DNA from: an uncultured Candidatus Saccharibacteria bacterium
GTDB lineage: Bacteria > Patescibacteriota > Doudnabacteria > UBA920
Direction of reading: 5' to 3'
Length of the DNA stretch: 64,000 bases
Assembly: GCA_964436545.1 (NCBI GenBank)
Contig: CAYTCJ010000001.1
Coordinates: 142,392-206,391 of the forward strand
Shown here: positions 1 to 8,915 of the stretch, piece after piece
Numbering within the stretch: the first letter of the stretch is position 1
Layout: each line of letters starts with the position of its first letter
The notes under the pieces: generated by a model
Told to the model about the DNA's origin: nothing
The model's input: only the letters and a program-made list of their open reading frames with translations
The model's database searches: none
Translations under genes and position numbers: made by a program

Positions 1-293
1 ATATGAGGGAAATGGTGGCTTTGCCGTATTATGTGGGCAAATTAATTTGGAGAGGTTTTTAGCCTATTTTCAGCCGGTTTATTAGGAAAAGGGCTTAAAT
101 TGACAAAAACATTGGGTTATATTACAATATGTTTAATATATAAATTTCCTAAGAAAGTTGGCGTCTGTAAAATATCAGACATAATCCTAAAATTGGATCC
201 TGAACTTAGTTCAGGATGACAATATAGGTAAGCCCACCGAGGATCATTACGCAGAAATACGCAAAATTAGTGCGGATTGAGGCGGAAGTTTTC

Positions 294-321
294 ACTCGGA
301 ATAATCCGAGTATTTTTTTTT
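294..321 (+). terminator. Hairpin ACTCGGA-ATAA-TCCGAGT followed by T9; terminator of the upstream operon or an attenuator in the L10 leader
   Basis: Perfect 7-bp stem plus a 9-T run, seen directly in the sequence. Confidence 0.55.
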
Positions 322-342
322 GGAATTTAATATTAAACCCTG

Positions 343-400
343 TTAAATGTTGCCTTGCAACAGTTCGCTTCCGGCGAATTATTTAACAGGTAAAGGTCGA
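343..400 (+). promoter_or_regulatory. Putative rplJ (L10) leader structure: outer stem CCTGTTAAAT/ATTTAACAGG enclosing two small hairpins
   Basis: Nested inverted repeats ~80 nt upstream of the rplJ ATG; L10 leaders are known autoregulatory RNA structures. Confidence 0.4.
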
Positions 401-481
401 TTCGTATAAACGAATAATAAGTAATTGATGACAAGTAACATTTATTAGTTATTAGTTATAAATTATTAGTTAGAAAAATTT

Positions 482-1030
482 ATGGCAAAATTAAAATCAC
501 AAAAAAACGAAGATTTGGCCGAATTAACTGAAAAGTTAAAACACGCTAAATCCGCCGTGCTTACCGGTTATAGCGGAACCACGGTAAAAGATATTACTAA
601 GTTTCGTTCTACTTTAAGAAAAGAAAAAGTTTTTTCTAAGGTTTATAAATTGACTTTAGTAAAAAAAGCAATGAAAGACGCTGGTTATGAAGGCGAAATT
701 GCAGATTATAAACAACCTGTAATTCTTTCGGTGTCCGAAGATGAAGATCCAACCCCAGCCAGAGTTATTAAGAGTTTATCTAAAGATATTAAGACTTTGG
801 TAATTTTAGAGGGTTTGTTTGAAAAGAAATTAGTGAGTAAAGACATGGTAATGTCTTTGGCAGACTTACCAAGCAAAGACCAGTTACGTTCCCAGTTTAT
901 GTCTGTGTTAAATGGACCAATTTCTGCTTTTGCTAGAGTGTTAAATGCCTACGCGGAAAAAATGTCCAAGGCTACAACTGCTGTGGCTTCTGAGCCATCT
1001 GCAGAATTAACAACTGCTCCGGCAGTGTAG
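482..1030 (+). CDS. rplJ: 50S ribosomal protein L10
   Basis: 182 aa, L10-like N-terminus, directly upstream of L7/L12. Confidence 0.9.
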   Translation: MAKLKSQKNEDLAELTEKLKHAKSAVLTGYSGTTVKDITKFRSTLRKEKVFSKVYKLTLVKKAMKDAGYEGEIADYKQPVILSVSEDEDPTPARVIKSLSKDIKTLVILEGLFEKKLVSKDMVMSLADLPSKDQLRSQFMSVLNGPISAFARVLNAYAEKMSKATTAVASEPSAELTTAPAV

Positions 1031-1073
1031 GGTCAAGATTATTTAATAATTAACAAATTTTGAAAGGTAATAT

Positions 1074-1475
1074 ATGTCAGAAGAAAATAAGGATATTGTA
1101 GTGCCAGAAAAATATAAGGCAATTGTAGAGGCTGTAGAAAAACTTACAGCTATGGAATTGTCTGAGTTAGTAAAAATTTTAGAAGGTAAATTTGGCGTAT
1201 CAGCAGCTGCTCCTATGATGATGGCTGGTCCGGTTGCCGGCGGAGCCGCGGTTGCCGAAGAAAAAACCGAATTTAATGTTGAATTAGCTGAAGCCGGAGC
1301 TAACAAAATTAATGTCATTAAAGTGGTTAGAGAAATTACCGGTTTAGGACTTAAGGAAGCTAAAGATATAGTAGACGCAGCCCCAAAGATGGTAAAAGAA
1401 AATGTGGCCAAGGCTCAAGCTGAAGAATGGAAGAAAAAGATTGAAGAAGCCGGCGGTAAAGTGAATTTAAAATAA
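1074..1475 (+). CDS. rplL: 50S ribosomal protein L7/L12
   Basis: 133 aa; N-terminal dimerisation region, Ala/Gly-rich hinge ([21 protein letters not shown]), C-terminal domain [19 protein letters not shown]. Confidence 0.95.
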   Translation: MSEENKDIVVPEKYKAIVEAVEKLTAMELSELVKILEGKFGVSAAAPMMMAGPVAGGAAVAEEKTEFNVELAEAGANKINVIKVVREITGLGLKEAKDIVDAAPKMVKENVAKAQAEEWKKKIEEAGGKVNLK

Positions 1476-1562
1476 TTTAGCAATATTATTTTAAATTCAT
1501 CCCGAACTTGCTTCGGGATCCATAAAATAATTTAGCAATATTATTTTAAATTCATCCCGAAC
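1473..1562 (+). repeat. 35-bp direct repeat x2 (TAATTTAGCAATATTATTTTAAATTCATCCCGAAC), with the first copy beginning at the rplL stop
   Basis: Copies at 1473-1507 and 1528-1562; small hairpin TCCCGAACTTGCTTCGGGAT lies between them. Confidence 0.8.
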
Positions 1563-1584
1563 GTTTTTAAGGGATTATAAAAAT

Positions 1585-1628
1585 AAAATCACCCCGCTTG
1601 TATACTAATAAGCGGGGTGATTTTATTT
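1585..1628. terminator. Strong bidirectional rho-independent terminator
   Basis: 15-bp perfect stem AAAATCACCCCGCTT/AAGCGGGGTGATTTT with a 10-nt loop, flanked by A/T runs on both sides. Confidence 0.8.
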
Positions 1629-1940
1629 GGGTGGAGTTTGGTCTTTACGTTTTTCTAAAACTAACTGTCCATTTTTCTCTACAACATTATAGTAAGGGCC
1701 CATTCGCCAAGTAAGAATATCACCCGCATTAATGCCGGAGACATTATTCAGTAAATTAGCATCGCTTGGGTTTTGAGGTGCTTGGTGCAAAATCCAAACA
1801 CTACTCATGCCATTATTAGCCGAAAAAGTGGGTTTGGCCAAAGAAGTTATAGGTATTTTTTTAGTTTCTAAAGGTGGTGGGGTTTCCGGTGTGGGTAATT
1901 CTGGAGAACGGTTTAACAATTTATTTAAAAAGTTACGCAT
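1623..1940 (-). CDS. Hypothetical small protein (105 aa)
   Basis: ORF only; overlaps the terminator and the dus promoter region. Confidence 0.25.
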   Translation of the reverse strand: MRNFLNKLLNRSPELPTPETPPPLETKKIPITSLAKPTFSANNGMSSVWILHQAPQNPSDANLLNNVSGINAGDILTWRMGPYYNVVEKNGQLVLEKRKDQTPPK

Positions 1941-1974
1941 AGAAATCTTTATTGAATACAGCTATAATACTCGT

Positions 1975-3174
1975 ATGTCTAATTTTTGGCAAGATCTACC
2001 CAAACCTATATTTTGTTTAGCGCCCATGGAAGCAGTTACTGACTGCGTGTTTCGGGAGATTTTTGCTAAGTACGGGAATGGGGATGAGTCAAGAAGTATG
2101 AGTCAAGAATTAAGAAGTAGGAATCAGGAATTATGTGAAAGTCAGAAAAGCATTGAACTAAAACCTCAAACCTCAATCTTCAATTCTTTCATTATGTTTA
2201 CAGAATTTGTGAATGTAGACGGTCTTTTACATCCCGAAGGATTTAAAAAATTAAAAATTGATTTGGAGTTTACCGAAAATCAACGTCCCATAGTGGCCCA
2301 GCTTTGGGGCAGGGATCCGGAAAAGTTTTTAAAAGCCTCTCAGTTGGTGGCCAAAATGGGTTTTGATGGTATAGATATAAATATGGGTTGTCCGCAGGAA
2401 AAGGAGATTGCGCAAAAAACTTGTGCTTATTTAATTCGTGAGCCGAATTTAGCAGGGGAGATAATTCAGGCGACTATAGAAGGTGCAAGAGCAAATAACT
2501 CTCCCCAACCCTCCCTTTGGAAAAGGGAGGGAGCTACTGCATCTACTCCCTCTTGTCCAAAGCATGCCCTGAGCCTGCCGAATGGGAAGGGCAAGGGGGA
2601 GTTCTTGCCAGTTTCGGTTAAAACCCGCATTGGCTATTCCAAGGCAGAGGAAATGGAAAACTGGATTTCTCATTTGTTAACCTATCCTATCTCTGCTTTA
2701 ACTTTACATGCCCGAACCAAACAGGAAAAAAGTAAAGTTCCGGCGCATTGGGAAAAAATTAAGGAAGCGGTAAAAATTAGAGATAAGATACAAGAGAAAA
2801 GAGAAAAGGATAAAACACTAATTATTGGTAATGGCGATATTAAGTCGCGTGCCGAAGGCTTGGCACGTATAGCCGAAACCGGGTGCGACGGAGTAATGAT
2901 TGGCAGGGGAGCGTTTGGTAATCCTTGGCTGTTTAGAGCTGATAATTATATCCCCTCAACACAGGAAAAATTACAGGTGATGCTGGAGCATGCCGAACTT
3001 TACGAGAAAACCTATGCCGGATTAAAAAATTTTATTACCATGCGAAAAAACTTTAAAGCCTATGCCAGTGGCTTTGAAGGCTCTTTAACACTTAGAGCTA
3101 AACTTATGGAAACCAATAATACCGGAGAAGTAAAAAATATTATTGAGCAGTTTTTAAGGCAAGGTGAGTTTTAA
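1975..3174 (+). CDS. dus: tRNA-dihydrouridine synthase carrying two internal in-frame insertions
   Basis: Motifs LAPMEAVTD and MIGRGAFGNPWLF; TATAAT at 1963-1968 only 6 nt before the ATG suggests a leaderless start; the ORF extends to 1807 but its N-terminus is non-homologous. Confidence 0.85.
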   Translation: MSNFWQDLPKPIFCLAPMEAVTDCVFREIFAKYGNGDESRSMSQELRSRNQELCESQKSIELKPQTSIFNSFIMFTEFVNVDGLLHPEGFKKLKIDLEFTENQRPIVAQLWGRDPEKFLKASQLVAKMGFDGIDINMGCPQEKEIAQKTCAYLIREPNLAGEIIQATIEGARANNSPQPSLWKREGATASTPSCPKHALSLPNGKGKGEFLPVSVKTRIGYSKAEEMENWISHLLTYPISALTLHARTKQEKSKVPAHWEKIKEAVKIRDKIQEKREKDKTLIIGNGDIKSRAEGLARIAETGCDGVMIGRGAFGNPWLFRADNYIPSTQEKLQVMLEHAELYEKTYAGLKNFITMRKNFKAYASGFEGSLTLRAKLMETNNTGEVKNIIEQFLRQGEF

Positions 3175-5148
3175 TAAACTGGAATCATTCAGTAAGTAAA
3201 GGGTTTTATTTTTTTCATCTACCACAAAATCTTTAAGGTTATTCCAGTTTGGATTGGTAAGGTTATAGACTAAATTACCTTGTTTATTCAATACCGTAAC
3301 CCGTTTTCTGGTTGGTTCCAGTATGTAGAGATTTTTGGTTTCCACAGAAGTAAAGATTTTTTTAGCTCCGGACAAAGGTTCGATTAAATTAGTTTTAAAC
3401 TCAGTCGGGTTGCCTGCATAGTATTTAATTATGCCATTGGGTTTTAGGAAATAAATACTGCCATCAATGGCAAAATCAACAATGGCTTTACTGTCTTCGG
3501 GGTTTAAAGTTAAGGCAATTTCGGGTTTGGCTAGGGTATTGTTTAATACCGCAAAACTCATGAGTTGGCTTTGGCCTATATTTAACATGTACAGTCTTTG
3601 TTTGGTGCTGTAATAGGCTAAATTAACGCTATCGGGCAGGCCGGGAACCGAAGAAGTGTAATTATCGGTTAGAGAGTTATTTTTGCTATCCCATAATTTT
3701 ATACCCAGGCCATCGTACACAGCAGTAAGGGTAGAGGAAAGCCTTTGCGAATAAATGGCTACTGAGTTGAGGGAAATTTCGTTATCTTTTATGGTATGGG
3801 TTTGTTTGTTGTAACTAATGAAGCGATTATTGGCATAGACTGCGAAGTGTTCGGGAAAATCATGTAAATTTTCGGCATTGGCTAAAACGCCCAAATTTTC
3901 GCTGGTAATTTCCAAAGTTTTTTCCAGTTTGCTTTTAACGGCATCTAAGGCGGTAAGCGTATCAGTTAGGAGAGTTTTTTGTGCATCGGTGCGGGGAGTT
4001 ATGTTGTTTAAGGCGTTTAAAGCTGAGTTTAAATATTGTCTGGCAGCCGGATCGTCTTTATACAACAAGGCAGATTCCGCATCACTTAAATTTTTTTGAG
4101 CCACGGTAATGGCTTGCTCGATTTTGGCGTTTGTAACTTTGCGGTCTTTAAAATACAGAGCCACAAAAACTTGGAAAATTAAAGCTACACATAACACACA
4201 AGCGGAAGCAAAGAAAAATTGTTTTTGCGGAGAGTATGACTTAAAATTTTTAAGACTTAACCAGCCTGATTTTTTTACGGACTGAAAAGTTTTAGTGAGC
4301 CAAGGTAGAAAATTAAAAGTACGCAAATTAATTTTTTTGGTTTGGGCGGCAAAATTTTGGAATTGCAGTTTTTTATTGGGATTAACAATGGCCAAAATAA
4401 AACTTTTAAGCTTAAAGCCCCAAGTGGGTTGGTTAATTCCGCTGGTTTCAATATATTCTTCCAGATTTATTTCTTCATCGGGGAGAGTGCCGGCCATGGC
4501 CTCCTCGGCAATAATGGCCCCTAAGGGCACCTTACCGCCCGAATTGGCTTTTAGAATATCTACAATGTGCGCAGTGGATTTTAAGAAGTTTTTTTGATGC
4601 AATAAGCCTTGGAGTCTATCTAGGGCTATGAGGTTAAATAATTGCGAGGTGGACAGTAAAATTAAATCGTTGAGTTGGATTTTGCCGGAAGCGAAGTTTT
4701 CAAAAGTTTTTACCGCATTGGATTTTTCCGGCGAACAAGCAAGGTCGGTTACTTGATTATCTCTAAAGAGCAGAGCGGTAATTTTTCCCACTGTGGAAAT
4801 ATGAAATAGATTGTTTTGTTTAACCGCAATTATACCATTGAATTTTAGGACCCAGTGAGCTAGGCCTAAAGTAATAAGTTTGCTTAATTCTTCGTTAACG
4901 TTGCTGAGGGAGGTTTCAAAAGTCTCCGGTGAGTTGGATTTGTCAAAGGTGCGTTTAATGGCGGAAAGTATGCTTAAACAAATCTTTTTAGAGGGCTCGA
5001 GGAGTTCCGGAGTGGTATCGGTAATTTCGGCTACAATAAAACATTCATTATTTTCGCCTTTAAGCTTTTCTGCCACGACAAAAACAAAGCCGGTATTACC
5101 GTCTTCCGGACCTAATTGAATTTTAGCGACCTGTGATTCCAACTCCAT
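3154..5148 (-). CDS. Hypothetical membrane-anchored protein (~665 aa): N-terminal cytoplasmic domain, one TM helix, large C-terminal beta-rich domain
   Basis: Long ORF with a hydrophobic segment FFFASACVLCVALIFQVFVALYF; start chosen at MELESQ. Confidence 0.55.
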   Translation of the reverse strand: MELESQVAKIQLGPEDGNTGFVFVVAEKLKGENNECFIVAEITDTTPELLEPSKKICLSILSAIKRTFDKSNSPETFETSLSNVNEELSKLITLGLAHWVLKFNGIIAVKQNNLFHISTVGKITALLFRDNQVTDLACSPEKSNAVKTFENFASGKIQLNDLILLSTSQLFNLIALDRLQGLLHQKNFLKSTAHIVDILKANSGGKVPLGAIIAEEAMAGTLPDEEINLEEYIETSGINQPTWGFKLKSFILAIVNPNKKLQFQNFAAQTKKINLRTFNFLPWLTKTFQSVKKSGWLSLKNFKSYSPQKQFFFASACVLCVALIFQVFVALYFKDRKVTNAKIEQAITVAQKNLSDAESALLYKDDPAARQYLNSALNALNNITPRTDAQKTLLTDTLTALDAVKSKLEKTLEITSENLGVLANAENLHDFPEHFAVYANNRFISYNKQTHTIKDNEISLNSVAIYSQRLSSTLTAVYDGLGIKLWDSKNNSLTDNYTSSVPGLPDSVNLAYYSTKQRLYMLNIGQSQLMSFAVLNNTLAKPEIALTLNPEDSKAIVDFAIDGSIYFLKPNGIIKYYAGNPTEFKTNLIEPLSGAKKIFTSVETKNLYILEPTRKRVTVLNKQGNLVYNLTNPNWNNLKDFVVDEKNKTLYLLNDSSLLKLTLP

Positions 5149-5211
5149 AGTAGGTTTATTATACGATATTTTAAGGTTTTTGAAAACTTGTGTTATAATA
5201 CTACTAAACCC

Positions 5212-5772
5212 ATGTACGAAGAAATTCTTAATTCCAAACATCTTTCCCAAAGCTTGTGTGTCTTTATGCATTTGCCCCAAAGAGCTTACTCGATTAGCGA
5301 AACAGCTAAGGTCTTTCGGTTGTCTGTGCGAATGTCCGCCGGGATTTTAAATACCTTGACCGCTCATAATTTTTTAAAGTCAGTTACCAAACATAACAAG
5401 AAGTATTTTTACTACAAACCCAGTATCGATGTGCCTTCTTGGTTTAAAAGTAAGTTGCTAAAACCTAAAAAAAAGTTAGAAGATCCTTTATTTGAAGATT
5501 TAAAAAAATTGGCTTTAAAAGGAGTATTTCTAACGGGAATTTTTTGTGGACTACCCAATTTACCCGTAGATTTATTGTTAGTCGGCAGAGTGGATTTAAA
5601 AAAATTGAATAAGTTTTTAGACAAGTGGCAACAAATTATGGGATTGGAACTCAACTATAGTATTATGTCTGAAGAGGAATTTGTTGAAAGGAGAAATACG
5701 TTTGATAAATTTATAAAAGATATTTTTGACCATAGAAATTTAGTGGTGGTGGATAGGTTGGGTAAGAAGTAA
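5212..5772 (+). CDS. Hypothetical protein, possibly winged-helix DNA-binding
   Basis: ORF only. Confidence 0.4.
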   Translation: MYEEILNSKHLSQSLCVFMHLPQRAYSISETAKVFRLSVRMSAGILNTLTAHNFLKSVTKHNKKYFYYKPSIDVPSWFKSKLLKPKKKLEDPLFEDLKKLALKGVFLTGIFCGLPNLPVDLLLVGRVDLKKLNKFLDKWQQIMGLELNYSIMSEEEFVERRNTFDKFIKDIFDHRNLVVVDRLGKK

Positions 5773-5868
5773 ATTAAAAGAGCGCTGAAGAAAGCACGCT
5801 GAAATAACGCAGAAGTCTTATTTTATCGACTTACCGGCGTTTCCATCAGCAATTTATGAGCAATATTT

Positions 5869-6105
5869 ATGAATGAAATCCAAAGTTTATATTTAGAATT
5901 TTTGCTAAATTTTCCGGAAAACTTAAGACCTTTGGTGTCTATTGGTTTAGCCGTGCTTTTGGTGTATGCCCTGTTTAAGGTGGTAAAAAAACAGTTTATA
6001 TATATTGTTGCTCTGGTGGTTTTACTCCCTGCATCGGTACCGATTTTAAAAAATATTTGGCAAGGGGTGGTAATGTTTATTAAGTTTTTGTTGAACACAA
6101 AGTAG
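5869..6105 (+). CDS. Hypothetical small membrane protein (78 aa, 2 TM)
   Basis: Hydrophobic ORF. Confidence 0.3.
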   Translation: MNEIQSLYLEFLLNFPENLRPLVSIGLAVLLVYALFKVVKKQFIYIVALVVLLPASVPILKNIWQGVVMFIKFLLNTK

Positions 6106-6159
6106 AGAAGTATTTTTAAAAAGTTTATTGTCGATAATCAAATTGCTATATCTAGTAGC

Positions 6160-6250
6160 CTCGGTGAAGGAATGCCTGCACTCCGAAGCTGTGAATAGGG
6201 GGAGTGCCTGCACTCCGAAGCCTCGGCGAAGGAATGCTTGCACTCCGAAG
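6160..6250. repeat. ~31-bp degenerate tandem repeat x3.5 (core GCCTGCACTCCGAAGC)
   Basis: Seen directly; the inter-core segments are also similar to each other, so this is not CRISPR. Confidence 0.8.
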
Positions 6251-6344
6251 CTTTAGCGTAGGAGTGTGGATAACTTAAAGGTAAACTCTTGTTTACCTTT
6301 ATTTTATTGCAACTTGACGCTAGGTAAACGAAAGTATATTATTT

Positions 6345-6425
6345 AGTTAGCAGTTAGCAGTTAGCAGTTATCAGTTATCAGTTATCAGTTATCAGTTATC
6401 AGTTATCAGTTATCAGCAATCAGCA
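6345..6425. repeat. 7-bp microsatellite (CAGTTAG x3, CAGTTAT x7, CAGCAAT) 50 bp upstream of lexA
   Basis: Seen directly. Confidence 0.9.
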
Positions 6426-6471
6426 AAATGCTCCATTGTAATCTTAAATCATTAATTTTTAATCATATTTT

Positions 6472-7089
6472 ATGCCCAAAGAAATTACCAAAAGACAAAA
6501 AGAATTGCTCCAATTTATTATTAGAGAAATACGGGAACACAATTTACCGCCAAGTTTTTCGGAAATGATGGACTATTTTAAATATCGTTCTAAAAACGCC
6601 ATTGCCAAAATTTTAAAAGTTTTAGAACGAGAAGGTTATGTTAAAGTTTCCGGCAAGGCTCGCGGGATTGAAGTGCTCAAAACTTTAGGTGAAAGTTTAG
6701 AAAAGGGTTTGGTTAGCGTTCCACTTTTAGGCAATATCCAAGCCGGTAGCCCGCATTTGGCCGAAGAGCAAGTGGAAGAATGGATTAATTTACCCACTTC
6801 GCTTATTCGGGGCAGACGTGATGTATTTTTGTTAAAAGTGAGGGGAGATAGTATGGTAAATGCCGGAATTTATGAGCACGATTTAGTAATTGTCAGGCCG
6901 GTTAAAGAAGCTAAAAATAACGATATTGTTGTGGCACTGCTTCATGATGAAGCTACAGTAAAACGATTAATTTACGTAAAAAATCGAGCTTACCTAAAAG
7001 CTGAAAACCCTAATTATAAAAATATTTACCCTAAAGAGGAATGGATGATCCAAGGAAAAGTGGTGGGAGTGATTAGACAGCTTGAGTAG
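6472..7089 (+). CDS. lexA: LexA repressor (S24 peptidase)
   Basis: N-terminal wHTH, cleavage-site region VPLLGNIQAG, Ser (GDSM) and Lys (KRLI) catalytic motifs. Confidence 0.9.
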   Translation: MPKEITKRQKELLQFIIREIREHNLPPSFSEMMDYFKYRSKNAIAKILKVLEREGYVKVSGKARGIEVLKTLGESLEKGLVSVPLLGNIQAGSPHLAEEQVEEWINLPTSLIRGRRDVFLLKVRGDSMVNAGIYEHDLVIVRPVKEAKNNDIVVALLHDEATVKRLIYVKNRAYLKAENPNYKNIYPKEEWMIQGKVVGVIRQLE

Positions 7090-7128
7090 AGTTATGGATT
7101 ATGAATAATGAATTATAAATAAAAAAAT

Positions 7129-7314
7129 ATGAGCGAAATTCAACAAAAAAAATTAAATATTATATCTGAGCTTAGAACACTGTGTGCTCATTGTGCGACC
7201 AGTGGCAATAGGGAACATAATTGTCCCATTAAACAAATTGCTTTAAAAGTGCAGTATTTACAAGGTGTCCCTTTAGTGGTAAATAGTGAATTTAAAGGTA
7301 TGCTTTGGGCCTAA
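7129..7314 (+). CDS. Hypothetical small Cys/His protein (CAHC...HNCP)
   Basis: 61-aa ORF immediately after lexA. Confidence 0.3.
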   Translation: MSEIQQKKLNIISELRTLCAHCATSGNREHNCPIKQIALKVQYLQGVPLVVNSEFKGMLWA

Positions 7315-7382
7315 AAACAGATTTTAGATTTGTGATTGAGGATTTAAGAGTCATTTAATTTATAATTTAAAATTTATTTTGC

Positions 7383-7408
7383 TTATACATAAAACACTCG
7401 CTATTTGG
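7383..7408. terminator. Hairpin ACACTCGC-TATTT-GGCGAGTGT between convergent genes
   Basis: 9-bp stem flanked by T-rich sequence. Confidence 0.45.
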
Positions 7409-7652
7409 CGAGTGTTTGTTTAATTGCTAATTGGATTTTTTCTAATTCAGCTCTTTTATTCCATAATTCTTGTTGTAAGGCCAAATTATGCTCAAATAGT
7501 GCTGTTTGATGTTCTGTGGTGAGAATTTTTATTTTATGATCTACGCAAAAGAGCGCCCAGTGGAGTTGCTCTTTGGACATTTTGTCAATCGCACCCAGTT
7601 CCGGAATTGTAATTCCCGGTTTTTCAAAAGTTGATTCGAGAGTTTTAGGCAT
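7401..7652 (-). CDS. Hypothetical protein (83 aa)
   Basis: ORF downstream of the nucleotidyltransferase in the same operon. Confidence 0.45.
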   Translation of the reverse strand: MPKTLESTFEKPGITIPELGAIDKMSKEQLHWALFCVDHKIKILTTEHQTALFEHNLALQQELWNKRAELEKIQLAIKQTLAK

Positions 7653-7666
7653 AGGCAGTTAAAAGA

Positions 7667-8170
7667 TTATTTTTTGTAGTTTAAGTATTCTTTAGGTAAA
7701 TCAAGTTTAAATTTTTCGCACAATAATTTAACTGCTTCCACATACTTTCCCGGCCATTTATGTATCCAAGGCGACAGAAATTCAATCATATATTGAGGCG
7801 CAATACAACGGACAGTTTGGCCATCAATTACTCCAGTGCCTGTTAAAGATTCTGCTGGGTACATAATGCCATCAATAATACTACCATTGACATCACAAAC
7901 AAAAGCATGGACATCAAGCTTATTACCAATATTATCACCTAAAACAAAATTCCACTTGCTATCTTCCTTAATTTGTTTATAACCGTCTTTTTCTAAAAGC
8001 TCACGAAGCTTAGGCACAGCTTTCCAGTTTATAGCAATATCTAAATCGTTATGAGGGCGGAGTTGTTTGCCCAATAAAGCATCAACGCACCACCCGCCAT
8101 CAATCCAGATTTTAATATTATTGTTTTCAAATTGATTATATAAACTCAAAACTGTTTTAAGCTGCATTAT
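7667..8170 (-). CDS. Lnu/Lin-family (ANT(2'')-like, PF10706-type) nucleotidyltransferase
   Basis: IWIDGGWCVDALLGKQLRPHNDLDIAIN closely parallels the Lnu(A) motif YWLDGGWGVDVLTGKQQREHRDIDIDFD; the ORF extends upstream to 8326, probably by capturing the frameshifted Nudix C-terminus. Confidence 0.65.
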   Translation of the reverse strand: MMQLKTVLSLYNQFENNNIKIWIDGGWCVDALLGKQLRPHNDLDIAINWKAVPKLRELLEKDGYKQIKEDSKWNFVLGDNIGNKLDVHAFVCDVNGSIIDGIMYPAESLTGTGVIDGQTVRCIAPQYMIEFLSPWIHKWPGKYVEAVKLLCEKFKLDLPKEYLNYKK

Positions 8171-8301
8171 TTTTTTTTGTAAATTAAAATAATCTTTTGT
8201 GCCTTTTAGCCACCCACCTTTTAAGAGTTGGCCGGAAAGGATTTGGCTTTTACTTGCCCAAAGGTAAGTGGTGTGAGCAGGGGAAAGGTTAATTTTCCCT
8301 T

Positions 8302-8616
8302 CTAAAAATTTGGCCTTGAAACCCAAAGCAAAAATTTTGGCTTCACTAAGAGTGCCGACTTTTTCCTTCCGTTTGTGCCGGAAAAAATATCGGGTTGGTT
8401 ATTTACTTGATATTTAATTTGCTCTCCTAATTCTTCAATTATTTTTCTTTTTACAATGCTAGTGAGAGGTTTATTAAATTCATTTATTTTTATTCTCCCA
8501 CCCGATAAATCCCATTGCCCAAATTTGTCCTTTAAAACTAAAAGTTTGCCTTTAAATGTAAAGAATATTTTGACAGCCACAAAAAATAGTTCTTTGTGTT
8601 TGTTGTTTTTATCCAT
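8302..8616 (-). pseudogene. Nudix-like hydrolase, probably frameshifted near the A7 run at ~8330-8340 so that its C-terminus continues in the frame of the next ORF
   Basis: Approximate Nudix box GGRIKINEFNKPLTSIVKRKIIEELGE; the ORF ends early and overlaps the 5' extension of ORF 7667..8326. Confidence 0.4.
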
Positions 8617-8622
8617 ATGAGT

Positions 8623-8697
8623 TGGTAGCGCTACCGGGAATCGAACCCGGATTTGTTGGATGAGAACCAACTATCCTAACCATTAGATGATAGCGCC
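8623..8697 (-). tRNA. tRNA-Glu (anticodon CUC)
   Basis: Manual fold: 7-bp acceptor stem, D-arm, anticodon stem GUUGG/CCAAC with loop UUCUCAU, T-arm CCGGG-UUCGAUU-CCCGG, encoded CCA. Confidence 0.85.
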
Positions 8698-8915
8698 ATA
8701 TTGGGCAAGAATTATGAATTTTAAATTATGAATTAAGCAATGAGATTTATTTAACATTATCACTTTGCGGGTGACCACCCGAAGGGTGGGTGATAGCGCT
8801 ATAGACAGAATGATGAAAAACCAATTAACATTTACCAGCTTATCACAATGCTTTGTTTTTTTCAATATTTTATGACATAATATAAACACTGCATAGTTAA
8901 AACTTAAAAAGCTAA

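Noticed and set aside
1043-1411. 122-aa ORF antisense to rplL
   Set aside because: The rplL identity is unambiguous, and the antisense translation is low-complexity.
2449-2673. 74-aa minus-strand ORF inside dus
   Set aside because: It is created by the palindromic insertion; the dus frame is clearly the coding one.
6160-6425. Possible CRISPR array (regularly spaced repeats)
   Set aside because: The intervening segments are themselves repeated and the second block is a 7-bp microsatellite. There are no unique spacers and no cas genes.
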